A DNA stretch of 64,000 nucleotides from Octopus vulgaris (GCA_951406725.2 OX597837.1:40176001-40240000); one strand, 5' to 3'. Shown: positions 17,079-30,135, numbered from the stretch's first letter. Notes: generated by a model from the sequence alone, not told the origin. Numbers and translations are program-made.

Positions 17079-17390
17079 ATCTACATGCATGTATGTGTAG
17101 TGTCTACATAGATGTATGCGATTTTCTTCACTTATTTGTAATTTGTACATACATACATACATACATACATACATACACATACATACATACATACATACAT
17201 ACATACATACATACATACATACATACATACATACATACATACATGTATATACATACATCTGTGTCCCAATTCCGGCTACAAGGCTTTGGACGGCCCGAGG
17301 CTACAGTGGGAAATACTTGCCCAAGGTGTCAGGTCCTGGAATTGAGCCCGGAACCATGTGATTGGGAAGCAGATTTCTTACCACAGTATG

Positions 17391-17437
<47 letters not shown>

Positions 17438-17690
17438 AGAAAATCACACACACATATACTTACACACATACGTATAGAAACTCCACACACAAACATATAT
17501 ACACACACACACATATACTTACACACATCCATATACAAACTCCACACACACAGACACATAGACAGATACACACTCATATATATGTATATATGTGTGTGTA
17601 TATATGTGTATGTATATATCTATCTAAGCATGTATGTGTAGTGTATACATAGATGTATGTGATTTTTTTTACTTATTTGCAATTTGTCAC
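16700..17690. repeat. Local tandem duplication of about 550 bp containing a SINE B head (minus strand)
   Basis: 16700-17147 and 17254-17687 share the SINE fragment and unique flanks such as GATGTATG.GATTTT.TT.ACTTATTTG.AATTTGT. Confidence 0.8.
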
Positions 17691-17719
17691 CAACCTCTCA
17701 GCCAACACTCCCCACCCAT

Positions 17720-18096
17720 AACGGTTTCAAATCGTGCCACAAGACCAGCACTCTTTGGGAAGGCAGAAGTGGATTACACTGATCCCTTTGTTCATCTACT
17801 ACTTAATCAATCGACCGCGGAAAGATGAAAGCAGAATCGACCTCGACGGAATTTGAACTCAGAACGTAATGACGAATGAAATAGCGCTAAGCATTTTAAA
17901 CGGCGTGCTAACGATTCTGCCAGCTCACCGCCTTTACGATGATGATGATGATAAGGACGATAATAATAATCCTTTCTCCTGTGGTCACAGGGCCTGTAAT
18001 TTTGGGAGAGGCAAATTTACACTCGGAACGTGACGACGGCCGAAATGCCGCTAAGCATTCTGCCCGACATGCTAAAGATTCTGTCAACTGACCACC

Positions 18097-18128
<32 letters not shown>

Positions 18129-18584
18129 CCTTTCTATTAAAGGCACAAAGCCTGAAATTTGTGTGGACGGTACTAGTCGATTACATCAACTCCAGAGTTT
18201 CCCTGGTACTTAATTTATCGACCCCGAAAGGGTGAAAGTCAAAAATCGATCTTGGTGGAATTTGAACTCTGAACACGAAGACAGACGAAATACCGCTTAG
18301 CATTTCGCCCGGAGTGCTAACGATTCTGCCAGCTTGCCGCCTGAATAATTATAATAATTATTATTTTAAATATTTGCCACAGGGCCTGCTTGGGAGAGGT
18401 GGGCATGGGTCGATTACATCGATCCCAGTGTTCAACTGGTACATAATTTATCGACCTCGAAAGGATGAAAGGCAAAGTCGACCCTTCTGGAATTTGAAGT
18501 TAAAAAGTAAAGACGGACGAAATGCCGCTAAGTGTTTCGACCGGCGTGCTAACGATTCTTCCAATTCACCGCATTTAGGCCACT

Positions 18585-18624
<40 letters not shown>

Positions 18625-18860
18625 TAATAGTAATAATATGATAATAATGATTTCAAGTTTTGACAAAAGCCTAGCAACTTGGGAGTAGTGGGCAAGACAA
18701 TTACATCGACTCGTGTTCAACTGGTACTTAATTTATGTACCCCGAAAGCATGAAAGGCAAATCCGACCTTGGCGAAATTTGAACTCGGAGCATAAAGACG
18801 GACGAAATGCCGCCGAGCATTTCGTCCGGCGTGCTAGCGGTTCTGCCAGCTCGCCGCCTG
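17720..18860 (-). mobile_element. Head-to-tail array of five SINE family A copies separated by (TAA)n-like tracts
   Basis: Copies at about 17720-17935, 17965-18100, 18125-18345, 18365-18575 and 18650-18860, all on the minus strand. Confidence 0.85.
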
Positions 18861-18999
18861 AATCCATTCTAATGATAGTCGTAGTTATAGTCAACCAATA
18901 TGTTTCTAAGAAATATCGTTTCTTGTTAATTAAACTAATTGTTTCAATTGATGGCTATAAATTTAATCAATTCAATTTGCTCACTGCTTACTTAACTAT

Positions 19000-19970
19000 C
19001 CGCCACGACCACCACCGCCAACATCAACAGCAGCAGCACCACCACCACCAATACCACCATCAGCTCAGCAACACCAAAAGCGTCATCACCACTCCGACAC
19101 CCCATCACAACCACTACCACCACCAACAACACCAACACTAACACCATCACTACCAACAGTATCACCATCAATAATACCAATCACAACTACCATCACCACT
19201 ACCACCAAAACCACCACCTATAACACCACCATCACCACCACTACCATCACCAACACCTCAGCCACTACTACTACCAGCACCACCACCATCACGACCACCA
19301 TCACCACTACCACCACCACCAATAACATCACCACCAATGACACCACCACCACCACAACCACCACCAAAAGCACCACCAACACCACCACAAAAACCACCAC
19401 CACAACCACCAACACTATCACCATCAACAATTCCAGTTACAACTACCACCACCACCACCATCACCACCACCACCAATAACACCACCACCTCCACCACCAC
19501 AGCTATCTGGACCATAACAGACACCATCTCCATCAATCATCACAACCGTGACCAAACAACGCATGCGCCAGACATCTTCACAACTATCGCCAACATCACC
19601 ACCGCCAACACCGCCATTACAACGAACACCACACTTATTCAGCGCCATCATCACCATCATCACCAGAGCCGCCGCATTCGCCACCACCACCACAACCTCC
19701 ACCACCACCACAACCACCACCACCACCACCATCACCACACCACAACCACCACCATCACCACCACCACCACCACCACCATCACCACCACCAAAACCACCAC
19801 CACCACCACCACCACCACCACCACCACCACCACCACCAAAACCACCACCACCACCACCATCACTACACCACCACCACCACCACCACCACCATCACCACCA
19901 TCACCACCACCATCACCACACCACCACCACCACCACCACCACAAACACCAACGTCGCCGCCGCCATACCA
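19000..19970. repeat. Degenerate (CAC/CAT)n trinucleotide tract
   Basis: Direct inspection. Confidence 0.9.
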
Positions 19971-20437
19971 TTTCTAAGCATAATTTAGTCGCAACCCAAC
20001 TAATTAACTCACCTGTTTATTATATTCATTTGATTAATAATCTATTATGATGGAGTTTTTACCTGTCTGTACTTTAATCGAACACACCTGTCAACGGCCC
20101 GTCGGCTCCTGTCCTGATTGAAAAACAAACGCACCTCTACAACCCACGGCATAAATACCTATTGGCTTCGACACCACTGAAAGCAGTGAAGATCGGTGAG
20201 CTGGTCGTGTTTGATTAGCTAAAACGAACAGCTAAATCACCCTCAAACACAACAACGAAACGGTGATGTTATGTAGTTCGACGCCTGCCGACCCTTATCT
20301 TTTGTCTTTCCCTAGTTTCAGTCATTGTACTACGGCCATGCTAGGGCACCGCTTTGACGGATTTTAGTCGAACAGATCAACCCTATTCTTTTATTCTTTT
20401 ATGTGGTTTTGATCATTACATATATATATATATATAT

Positions 20438-20820
20438 AGGCGCAGGAGTGGCTGTGTGGTAAGTAGCTTGCTTACCAACCACATGGTTCCGGGTTCAGTC
20501 CCACTGCGTGGCATGTCGGGCAAGTGTCTTCTACTATAGCCTCGGGCCGACCAAAAGCCTTGTGAGTGGATTTGGTAGACGGAAACTGAAAGAAGCCCGT
20601 CGTATATATGTATATATATATATGTGTGTGTATGTTTGTGTGTCTGTGTTTGTCCTCCTAGCGTTGTTTGACAACCGATGCTGGTGTGTTTACGTCGCCG
20701 TCACTTAGCAGTTCGGCAAAAGACCGATAGAATAAGTACTGGGCTCGACTAAAGGCGGTGCTCCAGCATGGCCGCAGTCAAATGACTGAAACAACTAAAA
20801 GAGTAAAAGAGTAAAAGAAA
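20438..20820 (+). mobile_element. SINE family B, full length
   Basis: GGCGCAGGAGTGGCTGTGTGG head through the (GAGTAAAA)n tail. Confidence 0.9.
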
Positions 20821-20827
20821 ATATATA

Positions 20828-20990
20828 TACGACGGGCTTCTTTCAGTTTTCGTCTTCCAAATCCACTCACAAGGCTTTGGTCTGCCCGAAGCTATAGCAG
20901 AAGAAACTTGCCCAAGGAGCTACGCATTGGGACTGAACCCGGAACCATGTGGTGGAAAGCAAGCTTCTTACCACACAGCCGTGCCTGCAC
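20828..20990 (-). mobile_element. SINE family B, 5' half
   Basis: Reverse complement of 20438-20602. Confidence 0.85.
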
Positions 20991-21017
20991 ATATATATAT
21001 ATAATATACATATAAAG

Positions 21018-21336
21018 GAGCACTTCGTCGGTTAGGACGACGAGGGTCCCAGCTGATACGATCAAGGGAACATCTTGCTTGTGAAATAAACGTGCAAGTG
21101 GCTGAGCATTCCACAGACATGCTTACCCTTAATATAGTTCTTAGGGATATTCAGCATGACACAGAATGTGACAAGGCTGTCCCCTTTTGAAATACAGGTA
21201 CTACTCATTTTTGCCAGCTGAGTGGACTGGAGCAACGTGAAATAAAGTGTCTTGCTCAAGGACACAACACGTCGCTGGGAATTGAACTCACGACCGTTGA
21301 GCCATATGACATAACCACTAAGCCACGAGCCTTCAC
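21018..21336 (-). mobile_element. SINE family C, full length
   Basis: tRNA-like head, GTGTCCTTGAGCAAGACACTT central domain and tail ...GTCGTCCTAACCGACGAAGTGC. Confidence 0.85.
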
Positions 21337-21355
21337 TATGTATATATATATATAT

Positions 21356-21607
21356 AAAATTATATTTTAGAGTATCTAAGAGATAGCACCACGCTGGAAA
21401 TAGCCGCCAAAACTTGACTCTAAAACCACATTATAAGTTCATACAACACCAGGAGAGAAGACAAAAAGACAATTTTTTTGCTACTTTATTTTGTCCTCTT
21501 CTCTTCTCTCCTGGTGCTGTTTGAACATTTAATGTGGTTTTAGAGTCAAGATTTGGCTGATATTTCCAGCGTGGTGGTATCTCTTAGATACTCTAAATTA
21601 TAATTTT
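21356..21607. repeat. Imperfect inverted repeat with arms of about 105 bp (family P4), between (TA)n tracts
   Basis: 21356-21461 is approximately the reverse complement of 21502-21607; a single arm also occurs at 37970-38095. Confidence 0.85.
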
Positions 21608-21698
21608 AATATTAATTACCTTTCAAGGATTTTATTCCCATGCTGACCACTTGATAAGATCGATATTTAAATTAACGATCTTATCCTTAGTTATATAT

Positions 21699-22110
21699 AG
21701 GCGCAGGAGTGGCTCTGTGTTAAGTAGCTTGCTAACCAACCACATGGTTCCGGGTTCAGTCCCACTGCGTGGCATCTTGGGCAAGTGTCTTCTACTATAG
21801 CCCCGGGCCGACCAATGCCTTGTGAGTGGATTTGGTAGACGGAAACTGAAAGAATCCTGTCGTATATGTGTATATATATATATAAGTGTGTGTGTGTATA
21901 TGTTTGTGTGTCTGTGTTTGTCTCCCTAGCATTGCTTGACAACCGATGCTGGTGTGTTTACGTCCCCGTCACTTAGCGGTTCGGCAAAAGAGACCGATAG
22001 AATAAGGACTGGGCTTACAAAGAATAAGTCCCGGGGTCGATTTGCTCGACTAAAGGCGGTGCTCCAGCATGGCCGCAGTCAAATGACTGAAACAAGTAAA
22101 AGAGTAAAGA
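21699..22110 (+). mobile_element. SINE family B, full length
   Basis: Complete head, internal microsatellite and tail. Confidence 0.9.
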
Positions 22111-22259
<149 letters not shown>

Positions 22260-22611
22260 CATTGATAGATATATACACAGGTAGGTTATGTTAGTATGCC
22301 CATGTCTATTTACAGGCGACCTTCTGACATTATGTGTGAATTCATGACATGTTAAATAGTTGATTATGTGAACTAAATTCTCACATAATCAATGGCCATA
22401 CATGCATGTAAGTATGGGTGTAGAATTAAGCTGAAGTTGCTATCTATCTATCTATCTATCTACGATCCCTATTGATCGTCTTTTTTTTTCTGTTTTTTAC
22501 GATCCCTTTTGATCGAAAACCTACCCCCGCCATTTTTCTCCCCAAAAAGAAAAACTCTACTTTGCAATTTGTCCTCTCTGTGTTCAGCCCTGTGTGGCTA
22601 ATAAAGAAACG

Positions 22612-22675
<64 letters not shown>

Positions 22676-22702
22676 CATCTATCCATCTATTTCTAGGATT
22701 AT

Positions 22703-22800
<98 letters not shown>

Positions 22801-23148
22801 CTCTATCTATCTACCTACGTACCTACCCACCTACCTATCTATCTATCGATCGATCGATCGATCGATCGATAAATTGATCCCTTTCTCTGTCTGCCTGTGT
22901 GTCTGCCTCGCTATCTGTCTGTCTTTCTATCAATCCGTCTGTTTGTCTGTCTGTCTATCTAACTATCTATCTGTTTGGCTGTCTATTTATCTATGTCTCT
23001 GTCTGTGCGTCCGTCCGTCCGTCCGTCCGTCTGTCAGTCCATCTACGTATCTATTCTCTTATTGATCGTACAACCCTTCAAAATAATTTTCTTTTTCTTT
23101 TTTGCTCAATGTGAACAGAATTACACAAAACTGATTTGATTAAATTCA

Positions 23149-23179
<31 letters not shown>

Positions 23180-23503
23180 TGTATGTATGTATGTATGTAT
23201 GTATGTATGTATGTATGTATGTATGTATGTATGTATGTATGCATGCATGTATGTATGTATGTATTTATGTATGTATGTATGTATCTATTCACACACAGAG
23301 AAATAATTTCCCCTCAAATGCACATATACATGTATACAAGCACTTTTAAGCAAATATGTAGGAATATACATATCTATGCATACAAACGCCCACAGAAGTA
23401 TGGACATGTATGCAGTATGTATATATATGTACGTATGGTCTGTGTTTGTGTGTATGCATGCATGTTTTGTAGAAGCGCATATAAATGAGTCTGTCACTAT
23501 ACA

Positions 23504-23538
<35 letters not shown>

Positions 23539-23638
23539 TTGTATGTATTTTGTGCGCTGTTTTCTTAAATTGTAGAGCAAGACAAACGTGCTTAAAGCAA
23601 TTTTGTGTAAAATGTCTCGGATGTCGTATGTGTGTGAG

Positions 23639-23702
<64 letters not shown>

Positions 23703-23899
23703 CATGTATGTATGTTTGTGTTTATATGTGTATATGTAAATATATCAAAGCGTTCGAACGTATATGTCACGCGTATATGTGTACGTTTACACATGTATAT
23801 ATGATTGTATATATATATATATTAATATATATATATATATATGTATGTATATATATATATATATATATATATGCATATATATGTATATATATAAATATA

Positions 23900-23963
<64 letters not shown>

Positions 23964-24324
23964 TGTATATATGTGTGTATACATCTCACTCATCTATATG
24001 CACACGTACATGTGCCCCGCGCACGCACATATATGTTTGTAATCCCGTGGAGATCAAAATTGCTTGTCGATTGTTAAATGAAAAAAGCAGTCAGTTACTC
24101 GTTTTCTTTCTCCCCCCCTCACCACCTTTCTTTCGGTCGTTTTCTCATTCCCTCCCTCTTTCTCAGTCTCACTTCTCTTTCTCCTCCTCCTCTTCCCCCC
24201 TTTCTTCCCTTCGTTCGGTCTTTCAGAATTTCCAATAAAGTTATTCGTCAAGGAAACTGGAGAAGGTTCAGATATCGGTTAGGAACTGTGGAACCTTTCC
24301 CACAAAACATTCCCTTCCATAATA

Positions 24325-24545
24325 ATAATCCTTTCCGCTAAGGGCACATGGCTTGAAATTTAGTGTTATGGGTCTAGTCGATTACATCGACCCCTGTATT
24401 TCACTGATACTTAAGTTTTCAACCCCAAAAGGATGGAAGGTAAAGTTGACCCCGGCCGAATTTGAACTCAGAACATAAAATCGAATGAAATACCGCTTAT
24501 CATTTTGCCTGGAATGGTAACAATTCTGCCAGTTCGCTGCCCTGA
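24325..24545 (-). mobile_element. SINE family A
   Basis: Family A motifs with tail type 2. Confidence 0.8.
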
Positions 24546-24566
24546 AAATGATAATAATAACAATAA

Positions 24567-24940
24567 TAACACGAGTACTCAGGGCGCGTAAACCTCCGCC
24601 AAGGCAGCACCAACGTCCTCTAAACGATTAGCTAAATTTTTAACATGAGAAAGTCTGAAATAAACTCGACTGCTCTCACGAAAAGGAATACTAAAAATCA
24701 ACCCAAATGATCTCAAAAATTAAGTAAATAAAGGAGGGAACAAATTATCCAGAATCCTTGTCCGGTACTGGATCGATCCCAAACTCTAATCAGCTCGTGC
24801 CAATTACAAAGACAAACATCCTTGAAAGTTTCATCCGTATTCATCCGCCGGTTCTTGAGATATCTTGTCCACGACCAAACAAACCAACAGGTTAACACGA
24901 CTGAAATAATACCACCGCATTCGCTGAGGCGGAGGTAATA
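24567..24940. mobile_element. Helentron-associated (HINE/DINE-1-like) non-autonomous element
   Basis: Subterminal inverted repeats ACCTCCGCC ... GGCGGAGGT; core AAAGTTTCATC...TTGAGATATC; CAAA microsatellite near the end. Confidence 0.65.
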
Positions 24941-24941
24941 A

Positions 24942-25515
24942 ACCCTTCTCTTATAGGTACATGTCCTGAAATTTTAGAGGAGGATGCTAGTCGACAGCAT
25001 CGATCCCGTTTCTCAACTGGTATTTACTTTAACGACCCAGAAAGGGATTAAAGTCAAAGTCGACCTCGACGGAATTTGAACTCAGATTGTAGCGACAGAC
25101 GAAATACCTATTTCTTTACAACCCATAAGGGGCTAAACACAGAGAGGATAAACAAGGACAGACAAACGGATTAAGTCGAGTATATCGACCCCAGTGCGTA
25201 ACTGGTACTTATTTAATCGACCCCGAAAGGATGAAAGGCAAAGTCGACATCGGCGGAATTTGAACTCAGAACGTAGCGGCAGACGAAATACCTATTTCTT
25301 AACTACCCACAAGGGGGCTAAACATAGAGGGGACAAACAAGGACAGACATAAGTATTAAGTCGATTACATAGACCCCAGTGCGTAACTGGTATTTAATTT
25401 ATCGACCCTGAAAGGATGAAAGGCAAAGTTGACCTCGGCGGAATTTGAACTCAGAACGTAGCGGCAGACGAAATACCATTAAGCATTGTGCTAGGCGGGG
25501 TAACGGCTCTGCCTG
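24942..25515 (-). mobile_element. SINE family A with three tandem units of about 184 bp
   Basis: Junctions GAAATAC|CTATTTC at 25107/25108 and 25291/25292 are the reverse complement of those at 4240/4241 and 4424/4425. Confidence 0.9.
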
Positions 25516-25854
25516 GTCTTAGAATAAATATAAGGAGAAAGAAAAATACAGTCTAGAGAAACAAAATCTGATGGAAGTGGACGAACCGATGTATTTTGCG
25601 TCAGGAAACGTTGCCGAGGTATGTGTGTCTCTATGCGTAAGACTGTATCTTTTGTGTTTCTGCTGATATATAAATACATGCCTTTGTACTATTAGGTAAA
25701 TTGATAAAGAAAAACTCTCGTTTACCAGATATTTTTTCTACACAGCCAGTCTGATATTGCAGATTTTATTGCACATCAAAAGATTCTTCATCTAACTTTG
25801 AGAGGTAGTTTTTAACAAAGTCATACTATACTTTCTGGTTGTAATATATATACA

Positions 25855-25933
<79 letters not shown>

Positions 25934-26348
25934 ATGTATGTGTATATATATATATGTATGTATATAAATACATATATTTATATGAGTGCGTGTGTATGTG
26001 TGTATATATATATGTATATATATCTATGTGTGTGTGTGTTTGTGTGTATATATATATGTATGTATATATATATATATATATTTGTGTGTGTATATGTGTG
26101 TGTATATATATATATATGTATGTATATTTATATATGTGTGTGTGTCTGTGTGTGTGTGTATGTAAGTGCATATAGATTTATATATGAATATTCATACATA
26201 TCTACATCGTTATATTGATAGATAGATATAGATATAGACGTAAACGTATATATGTGTATATATATATATATACATATGTATATGTGTGTGCGTGTATTTG
26301 TGTGTATCTATATGTGTGTTTGTGTGTATGCATATGTATGTATGTATG

Positions 26349-26605
26349 TCTAAAACGCCTGACTATTAGGAAAGAAAACTTTGAGAATCTTGCAAGAAAC
26401 CATACAAAATGGAAGAGAGAGTGCTTTTTTTTTTCCAGTTTCAAAGTTTCGATCATCAAATGGTTCTTCATCAGGGACAGTCACAGGAAAACAGGGAAAT
26501 AAAAGAAACCGGACAACAATCTTCCTACAAACTGCCATTGTCCACTTCGTCATTGCTCAGTTAGATCATGCGCTGGTGTAATATGTCATGTTCATATCCA
26601 CATTG
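26349..26605 (+). pseudogene. RTE-type LINE ORF C-terminal remnant with degenerate C2H2-like motif
   Basis: LKRLTIRKENFENLARNHTKWKREC (compare WE.LA.DR..WR), then HCPLRHCSVRSCAGVICHVHIH (compare C..C.R...S..GL.SH...H). Confidence 0.6.
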
Positions 26606-26819
26606 CTTTTAGGTGGATTGAAGAATGAATGAATTGTAAATATTTGTGAATTGTAGTAATAGCAACGTGAGCCAGTTGTTGATTCTCTATTTCGTGAGAT
26701 TTCTATATTTTTTTTTGGTTCTATTTTCTTGCTAAACAATCACACATCGTCTTATAATAATTCAGCTTTTCATTCCGTTACTCAGCCCGTCCGTTACGCG
26801 CTTCCACGTGATTAGTAAA

Positions 26820-27230
26820 GGGGGCGGCGAAGAGGGAGGGGATGGAAAGTATGGGGGAGAGAGGAGACGGGGAGAGGAGAGGGAGATGTGGGAGGGTAAG
26901 AGAGATATGTGGGCGAGTAGGGTAGGGAGATGTGGAAGGGCGAGTGTAGCAGAGATGGGAGTAGGGTAGGGAGAAGATGTGGGAGTGGTAGGAGAGAGAA
27001 GAAGGAGATGTGGGAGGGTAAGAAAGATATGGGGCGAGAAGGGTAGGGAGACGTGGTAGGGGGTAGCAGAGAGATGGGGTACGATAGGGAAAAGCTGTGG
27101 GAGAGGGAGGAGAGAGGAGATGAGAGGGAGATGTGGTAGGGGGCAGGGAGTAGTAGAGAGATGGGGAGGGAAAGGAGTGGGTAAGCAAGAGATGGGATGA
27201 GGGATGGTAGGAAGAGATGGTGGTGAGTGA
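26820..27230. repeat. G-rich polypurine degenerate minisatellite
   Basis: Recurrent GGGAGATGTGG and GGGTAGGGAG motifs. Confidence 0.75.
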
Positions 27231-27521
27231 AATGGGCAATTTGTTTTTGTTTTGAACTGTTTTTTACAAATCCGCTTCCACTTTACCATGTTGAAAAGTT
27301 GATTGAAATCGGGCAAAAGGTGTCCAATCTAGACCCCCCCACAAGTGTCCCCCAAAATCAATAAAACACCTGTTTTCACACCAAAGCAACCACTGTAGTG
27401 CCCCCAAACCTCTCCCGATCAATTTCTCAGCTCAAGTTATCCCCTCCTGTAAATTTTAATCTCCTTCCAGCCCCATTTAGACCCCTTTTTACATGAAAAT
27501 TCAATTTGTATCAACGATCGC

Positions 27522-27663
<142 letters not shown>

Positions 27664-28372
27664 CTCCTATTTCTGTACAGCGAGAAATTTTCTCCATGAA
27701 AAAATCCAAAGAACAGATTTCTTACGGGTTCGAATAGGCCTCAAGCATATTTGAACTGGTAACAAATTTGTATTTACACACATATAAATCTTTATATGTG
27801 AATATCGTAAATCGAATCATACGTGCGAAATAAATCAAGGTATATAGATTAAAATATACAGATCTATTTTGTATATCCTCGAGCTAAATCAGACAACATC
27901 TCTCCATGTATACAGACGATGCACTTAAAGTGCCTTGGATTCAGAACAAAGCTGCCATTATTAAATTTAGAATTGAAGATGGTGGGAGTATAATGAGATT
28001 TTGTTGTAGAATTTAATATTTCATTTTCCGTTTAAGCGATACAAATATGCATACTCACATACATACATGCGTACGTACTTACATAGATAATATATAATTA
28101 TATAAATATATATATACATGTATATACAGATATATATGTATATTCATATATATATTCATATATATATATGTACACACACACACATATATATATACACATA
28201 TACATATGTATATATATATATGTATATATATATATATACATACATACATACGTATATACATACACATATACATACATACATATACATACATATACATACA
28301 TACATACACATACATACATATATGTATATATGTATGCATGTATATACATACATATATACATGCATACATACA

Positions 28373-28466
<94 letters not shown>

Positions 28467-28490
28467 CATATGTGCATGTGTGTATGTATA

Positions 28491-29365
28491 TATTGGGTCA
28501 GAAAAAATAATTCTCTCATATTCCAAAATGAGAGAGAAACAAAATGCTTCTTTTGCATATATAATCAAAATGATATTTCATCTCACCATTGATAACATAA
28601 TCCCATCTATTTGCCGAGTTTGTTAATCCCTCAGGCGTAAAATTTCTCAGGTTTCGAAGCAAAAAAAATACTCGATATCATTTTTAATTTCTTCACAATT
28701 AATAACCTGTTTTTTTCTCTCCAAATAATGTTGGAATGATCTAAAAAGATGAGAGATGGAGGAAGATCAGAAGAATAACGAAGATGAAGCAAAACTTCCA
28801 TATTTAGTGTCAAATTCTTTCATCGCTGTCTCGGTCAATATTTGGTTTTGCATATCATTTTTCAGAGCAAACTTTACGATTGGGCGACGATGGGTTCTTT
28901 TTCTGTAAAGTTTTGTGTAACGCTTCCAATTGATGACAATAGTTTTCCGTATATTAACCGTTTCCTTTTGGCTTAATACTTCATGAGAAGCGACACCCTA
29001 CATACTGCATCAAACACAAAACATAATGTTTTCGGGTTGTAGCCTTGGTTTGGGGAGAGATTCCTCGTTTTCATTGGGTGCCCACATTATTATTTATTTC
29101 GGCTATTATTACAGATAACCCACTTTTCATCACTTGTCATGATTCTGTCCACAAAAGGTTCTGTAGCAAGTCTGTTCTTCAATGATGAACAGAGGGCAAC
29201 TCTTTCATTAAGCTGAGAGATTTTAAATGATGAGGGAGTCACTGACAAAGTTTAGGCACGTTTGCTCTGTTCATGAATATGTGTGGCTTTAATTGAACTG
29301 TTTTGCTAATTCTTGCGCTGCGTGATTTAGATTTTTCTCAACTACGGTTTTCAGAAGCTCAATAT
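28491..29365 (-). pseudogene. Mariner (DD34D-type) transposase remnant with 3' TIR
   Basis: FVDRIMTSDEKW, LNMEVLLHLRYSSDLPPS (compare WEVLPHPPYSPDLAPSD) and FFASKPEKFY; TIR-like TATTGGGTCAGAAAAAATAA at 28491. Confidence 0.85.
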
Positions 29366-29379
29366 TATTTCCTTTTCTT

Positions 29380-29580
29380 GGCTTGAGACCCGAAATTTTT
29401 GGGGAAGGGGCCAGTCGATTAGATCTACCCCAGTATGCAACTGGTACTTAATTTATCGACCCCGAAAGGACGAAAGGCAAAGTCGACCTCGGCGGAATTT
29501 GAACTCAGAACGTAAAGACAGACGAAATGCCGCAAAGCATTTCGCGCGGTGTGCTAACGTTTCTACCAGCTCACCGCCTT
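29380..29580 (-). mobile_element. SINE family A truncating or interrupting the mariner
   Basis: Family A motifs. Confidence 0.85.
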
Positions 29581-29599
29581 ATCAGAAGCTCATCATGTA

Positions 29600-29798
29600 T
29601 ATAGTTAATCCAAACATGAAAACACAAAGAGAAAACACAACAACGAGAGGACATGGAACAAATAAAGTATTATTGGATGTTCAGGAAGGAAGGGAAGAAG
29701 GAGGGTTTAACGTTTCGAGCGGAGCTCTTTCGTCAGAAACATAGGAAAAGGAAAGATCCAAAGAAGGGAAGACGGAGGAAAAAAAATCGCTAACAGTT

Positions 29799-29800
<2 letters not shown>
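29600..29800 (-). mobile_element. Penelope pLTR-like fragment (family P1) with minimal hammerhead at 29705-29740
   Basis: Minus strand reads GTTT-CTGACGA-AA-GAGC-TCC-GCTC-GAAAC-GTT-AAAC. Confidence 0.7.
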
Positions 29801-29849
<49 letters not shown>

Positions 29850-30034
29850 GAGGTATTGGTATCCAGAAGACCTGTGTGTATGTGTGTAATGTAATTTCGA
29901 TCTGGCAAAGTAATATTGATAAGGTGTTAAAACTAATAGAGTAAAGAGCTATATGAGTAGGCGAGTATTGTGCGTAATCTCTACTAATGAACGATACCCT
30001 CAAACTTTATTATATCATAAATAGGTCTACATTT

Positions 30035-30135
30035 AACCAATGTTATGTAACTCAACGCTGACTTTAATAAACAAACATCTCATCTGATTGGCTCCGAGGA
30101 GGCTATAAAGTCTTGCATAATTCCTCAGCTCTGTG
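30035..30135 (+). promoter_or_regulatory. Candidate promoter/enhancer motif cluster
   Basis: CCAAT 30037; GTTATGTAAC 30042-30051; TAAACAAACA at about 30068; CTGATTGGCT 30084-30093; TATAAAG 30104-30110; TTGCATAA 30113-30120. Confidence 0.3.

Noticed and set aside
19337-20050. Pro/Thr/His-rich mucin-like ORF
   Set aside because: A degenerate (CAC)n tract that is open in several frames on both strands; no signal peptide or splice context.
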